Assembly: GCA_001785865.1 (NCBI GenBank)
Contig: MFUZ01000009.1
Span: 15,309 to 79,308, forward strand
Source of the DNA: Candidatus Nomurabacteria bacterium RIFCSPLOWO2_01_FULL_41_18
GTDB taxonomy: Bacteria; Patescibacteriota; Minisyncoccia; Phycocordibacterales; UBA9973
Direction of reading: 5' to 3'
DNA: 64,000 nt
In this document: positions 62,190 through 64,000 of the stretch, one piece after another
Layout of the letters: every line of letters begins with the position of its first letter
Position numbering within the stretch: position 1 is the stretch's first letter
Translations under genes and position numbers: made by a program
Notes under the pieces: generated by a model
The model's input: the letters and a program-made list of their open reading frames with translations, nothing else
Told to the model about the DNA's origin: nothing
The model's database searches: none

Positions 62190-62876
62190 ATGATAAAAAA
62201 AACAAACAAAATAAAAATAGCTCTGATAGGTTACGGCAAGATGGGGCAGGAGATCGATGCTCTTTGTCGCGACTCAGAAAATTTCGAAGTGGTCTCTATT
62301 AGTTATAGAAAAATTACCGATGCGATAGATATCAAGGGGATCAGTGAAGCTGATGTGGCGATAGACTTTACATCCAAAGATGTAGTTTTAAAAAACATCG
62401 AAGAAGTCGCAAAGCTTGGCAAGAATATTGTTATCGGGACAACTGGTTGGTATGGCGACACAGAGAAAGTAAAAAAAATAGTAGATAAATACAAAATTGG
62501 TTTGTTGTATAGCCCAAATTTTTCTGTTGGTGTAAACATTTATTTCAAAATAATTGATTTTACCGCGAAACTTTTTGCAAAATTGCCAGAATATGATGTT
62601 TACGGATTAGAAATTCACCATAAGGCGAAATTAGACAGTCCTTCTGGAACTGCTTTAAAAATTGCCAGTCTTATCAAAGGGCTTAATTTCAATTCTATAA
62701 GAGCTGGGAGTAATCCAGGCTTTCATGAAGTTGTGTTTGATAGTCCTGCTGACGGTATAACCCTTTCTCACCAAGCCTACAACAGAACAGGATTCGCCAA
62801 AGGTGCGCTTGTCGCAGCAGAATTTATTAAAAACAAGAAAGGCGTTCATTCTTTTGAAGACCTATTCAGCTCATAA
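62190..62876 (+). CDS. dapB: 4-hydroxy-tetrahydrodipicolinate reductase
   Basis: GYGKMG, GTTG, EIHHKAKLDSPSGTA. Confidence 0.95.
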   Translation: MIKKTNKIKIALIGYGKMGQEIDALCRDSENFEVVSISYRKITDAIDIKGISEADVAIDFTSKDVVLKNIEEVAKLGKNIVIGTTGWYGDTEKVKKIVDKYKIGLLYSPNFSVGVNIYFKIIDFTAKLFAKLPEYDVYGLEIHHKAKLDSPSGTALKIASLIKGLNFNSIRAGSNPGFHEVVFDSPADGITLSHQAYNRTGFAKGALVAAEFIKNKKGVHSFEDLFSS

Positions 62877-62888
62877 GACGATAAATAT

Positions 62889-63800
62889 ATGCGAAAAATA
62901 AATTTTTTTGGTTCCATCCCCGCCATAGTCACTCCATTCAAAAAGAATGGGGATCTCGACCTCGAAGCGCTCGACAGAATTGTGGAATATCAGCTCGCGG
63001 GAGGAGTGGATGGGATAGTGGTGGCTGGTTCGACTGGAGAAGCGGCGACATTGAATGAGGAAGAATACGCAGAGATTGTAAGAAGGGTAGTGAAAAAAGT
63101 TTCAGGGAAGGTCCCAGTGGTCGCCGGAGCGGGTTCGAATGACACTAAAAAAGCAATTCATTTTTCTAAGCTGGCGAAAGATGCCGGAGCAGACGCCCTC
63201 CTTCATGTCACCCCTTATTACAATAAGCCAACTCCAACCGGCCTCGTTCTCCACTACCAAGCAATTTCCAAAGCGGTGGATTTACCCATCATAATTTACA
63301 ACGTGCCTGGTAGAACAGGGTCCAATGTCTCGCCTCAAGTCATCGTGCGGATAGCCCGCGAAGTTCCGGCAGTCGTGGCAGTCAAAGAAGCTTCTGGTTC
63401 TCTTCCGCAGATGATGGAGATCATAAGTGAAGTGTCCCAAAACGGCTCAAAGGAACTTGAGAATTTCTCCGTATTGTCCGGAGATGATTCTCTCACTCTA
63501 CCCCTCATGGCTGTCGGCGGGCGAGGCTGTATCTCGGTAGTTGCGAACGAAGCCCCAAAGTTATTTTCCGACATGGTTCATCTGGCCCTAAGCGGAGATT
63601 GGAAGGGGGCGGCCAAGCTACACTACCTACTTCTTCCCCTCATGAATATTAATTTCATCGAATCGAACCCTATTCCCGTCAAGGCAGCAATGTCCATGAT
63701 GGGGCTCGTCGAAAATAGCTTGAGGTTACCGCTTACTAGCCTTGAAGAAAAAAACAGAGCCCAGGTTGAAAAAGCTTTGCAAGGAGCGGGACTTCTCTAA
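62889..63800 (+). CDS. dapA: 4-hydroxy-tetrahydrodipicolinate synthase
   Basis: GSTGE, TPYYNK, YNVPGRTG, VKEASG. Confidence 0.97.
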   Translation: MRKINFFGSIPAIVTPFKKNGDLDLEALDRIVEYQLAGGVDGIVVAGSTGEAATLNEEEYAEIVRRVVKKVSGKVPVVAGAGSNDTKKAIHFSKLAKDAGADALLHVTPYYNKPTPTGLVLHYQAISKAVDLPIIIYNVPGRTGSNVSPQVIVRIAREVPAVVAVKEASGSLPQMMEIISEVSQNGSKELENFSVLSGDDSLTLPLMAVGGRGCISVVANEAPKLFSDMVHLALSGDWKGAAKLHYLLLPLMNINFIESNPIPVKAAMSMMGLVENSLRLPLTSLEEKNRAQVEKALQGAGLL

Positions 63801-63813
63801 ATTTAAGAAAAAA

Positions 63814-64000
63814 ATGGCCACTATCAACAAAAATTACAACAAATTGCAAGGGTCATATTTGTTTTTGGAAATAGCCAAACGAACGAAAGATTTTTTGGAA
63901 AAAAATAAAGGAGTAGAGCTCATGCGGCTCGGCATCGGCGATACGACCGAGCCTCTATCAAAGGCGGTGATCAGTGGATTGTCGGCGGGGGTAAAGAAGC
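63814..64000 (+). CDS. dapL: LL-diaminopimelate aminotransferase (N-terminus, cut by window end)
   Basis: MATINKNYNKLQGSYLFLEIAKR...RLGIGDTTEPL. Confidence 0.88.
   Translation, partial: MATINKNYNKLQGSYLFLEIAKRTKDFLEKNKGVELMRLGIGDTTEPLSKAVISGLSAGVKK

Noticed and set aside
1-64000. CRISPR array
   Set aside because: No regularly spaced direct repeats with unique spacers and no cas genes; the repeats are dispersed palindromes.
1-64000. Alternative genetic code (TGA as Gly or Trp)
   Set aside because: TGA ends yraN, pcrA, rsmA and ruvB at expected lengths, and core genes are intact under code 11.

Overview
Origin-proximal chromosomal region of an AT-rich bacterium whose gene content suggests Patescibacteria/CPR, Parcubacteria-like (inference); standard genetic code. 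Housekeeping content: jag-yidC-yidD-rnpA-rpmH / oriC / dnaA-dnaN, rpsO, pnp, cca, pcrA, rsmA, xth, an Xer recombinase, ruvBC, tyrS, PBP1A, four CCA-less tRNAs and a parS cluster. Also present: a ~15-kb VirB4/PrgI/VirB6/pilin (T4SS-like) cluster, metK behind a SAM-I riboswitch, pheA and a dapB-dapA-dapL operon. Main unexplained signals: (1) a complete Tyr-Tyr-Tyr leader-peptide attenuator upstream of tyrS and a weaker Phe-rich one upstream of pheA; (2) several families of small palindromic elements, some with a conserved covarying core inside unrelated long stems, found between genes, in-frame inside pnp, xth, cca, pcrA and ruvC, and inside the riboswitch; (3) two MITE-like elements that duplicate start codons; (4) widespread leaderless promoters and CDSs starting almost directly at tRNA 3' ends. 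Coordinates were counted by eye and may be off by a few bases.
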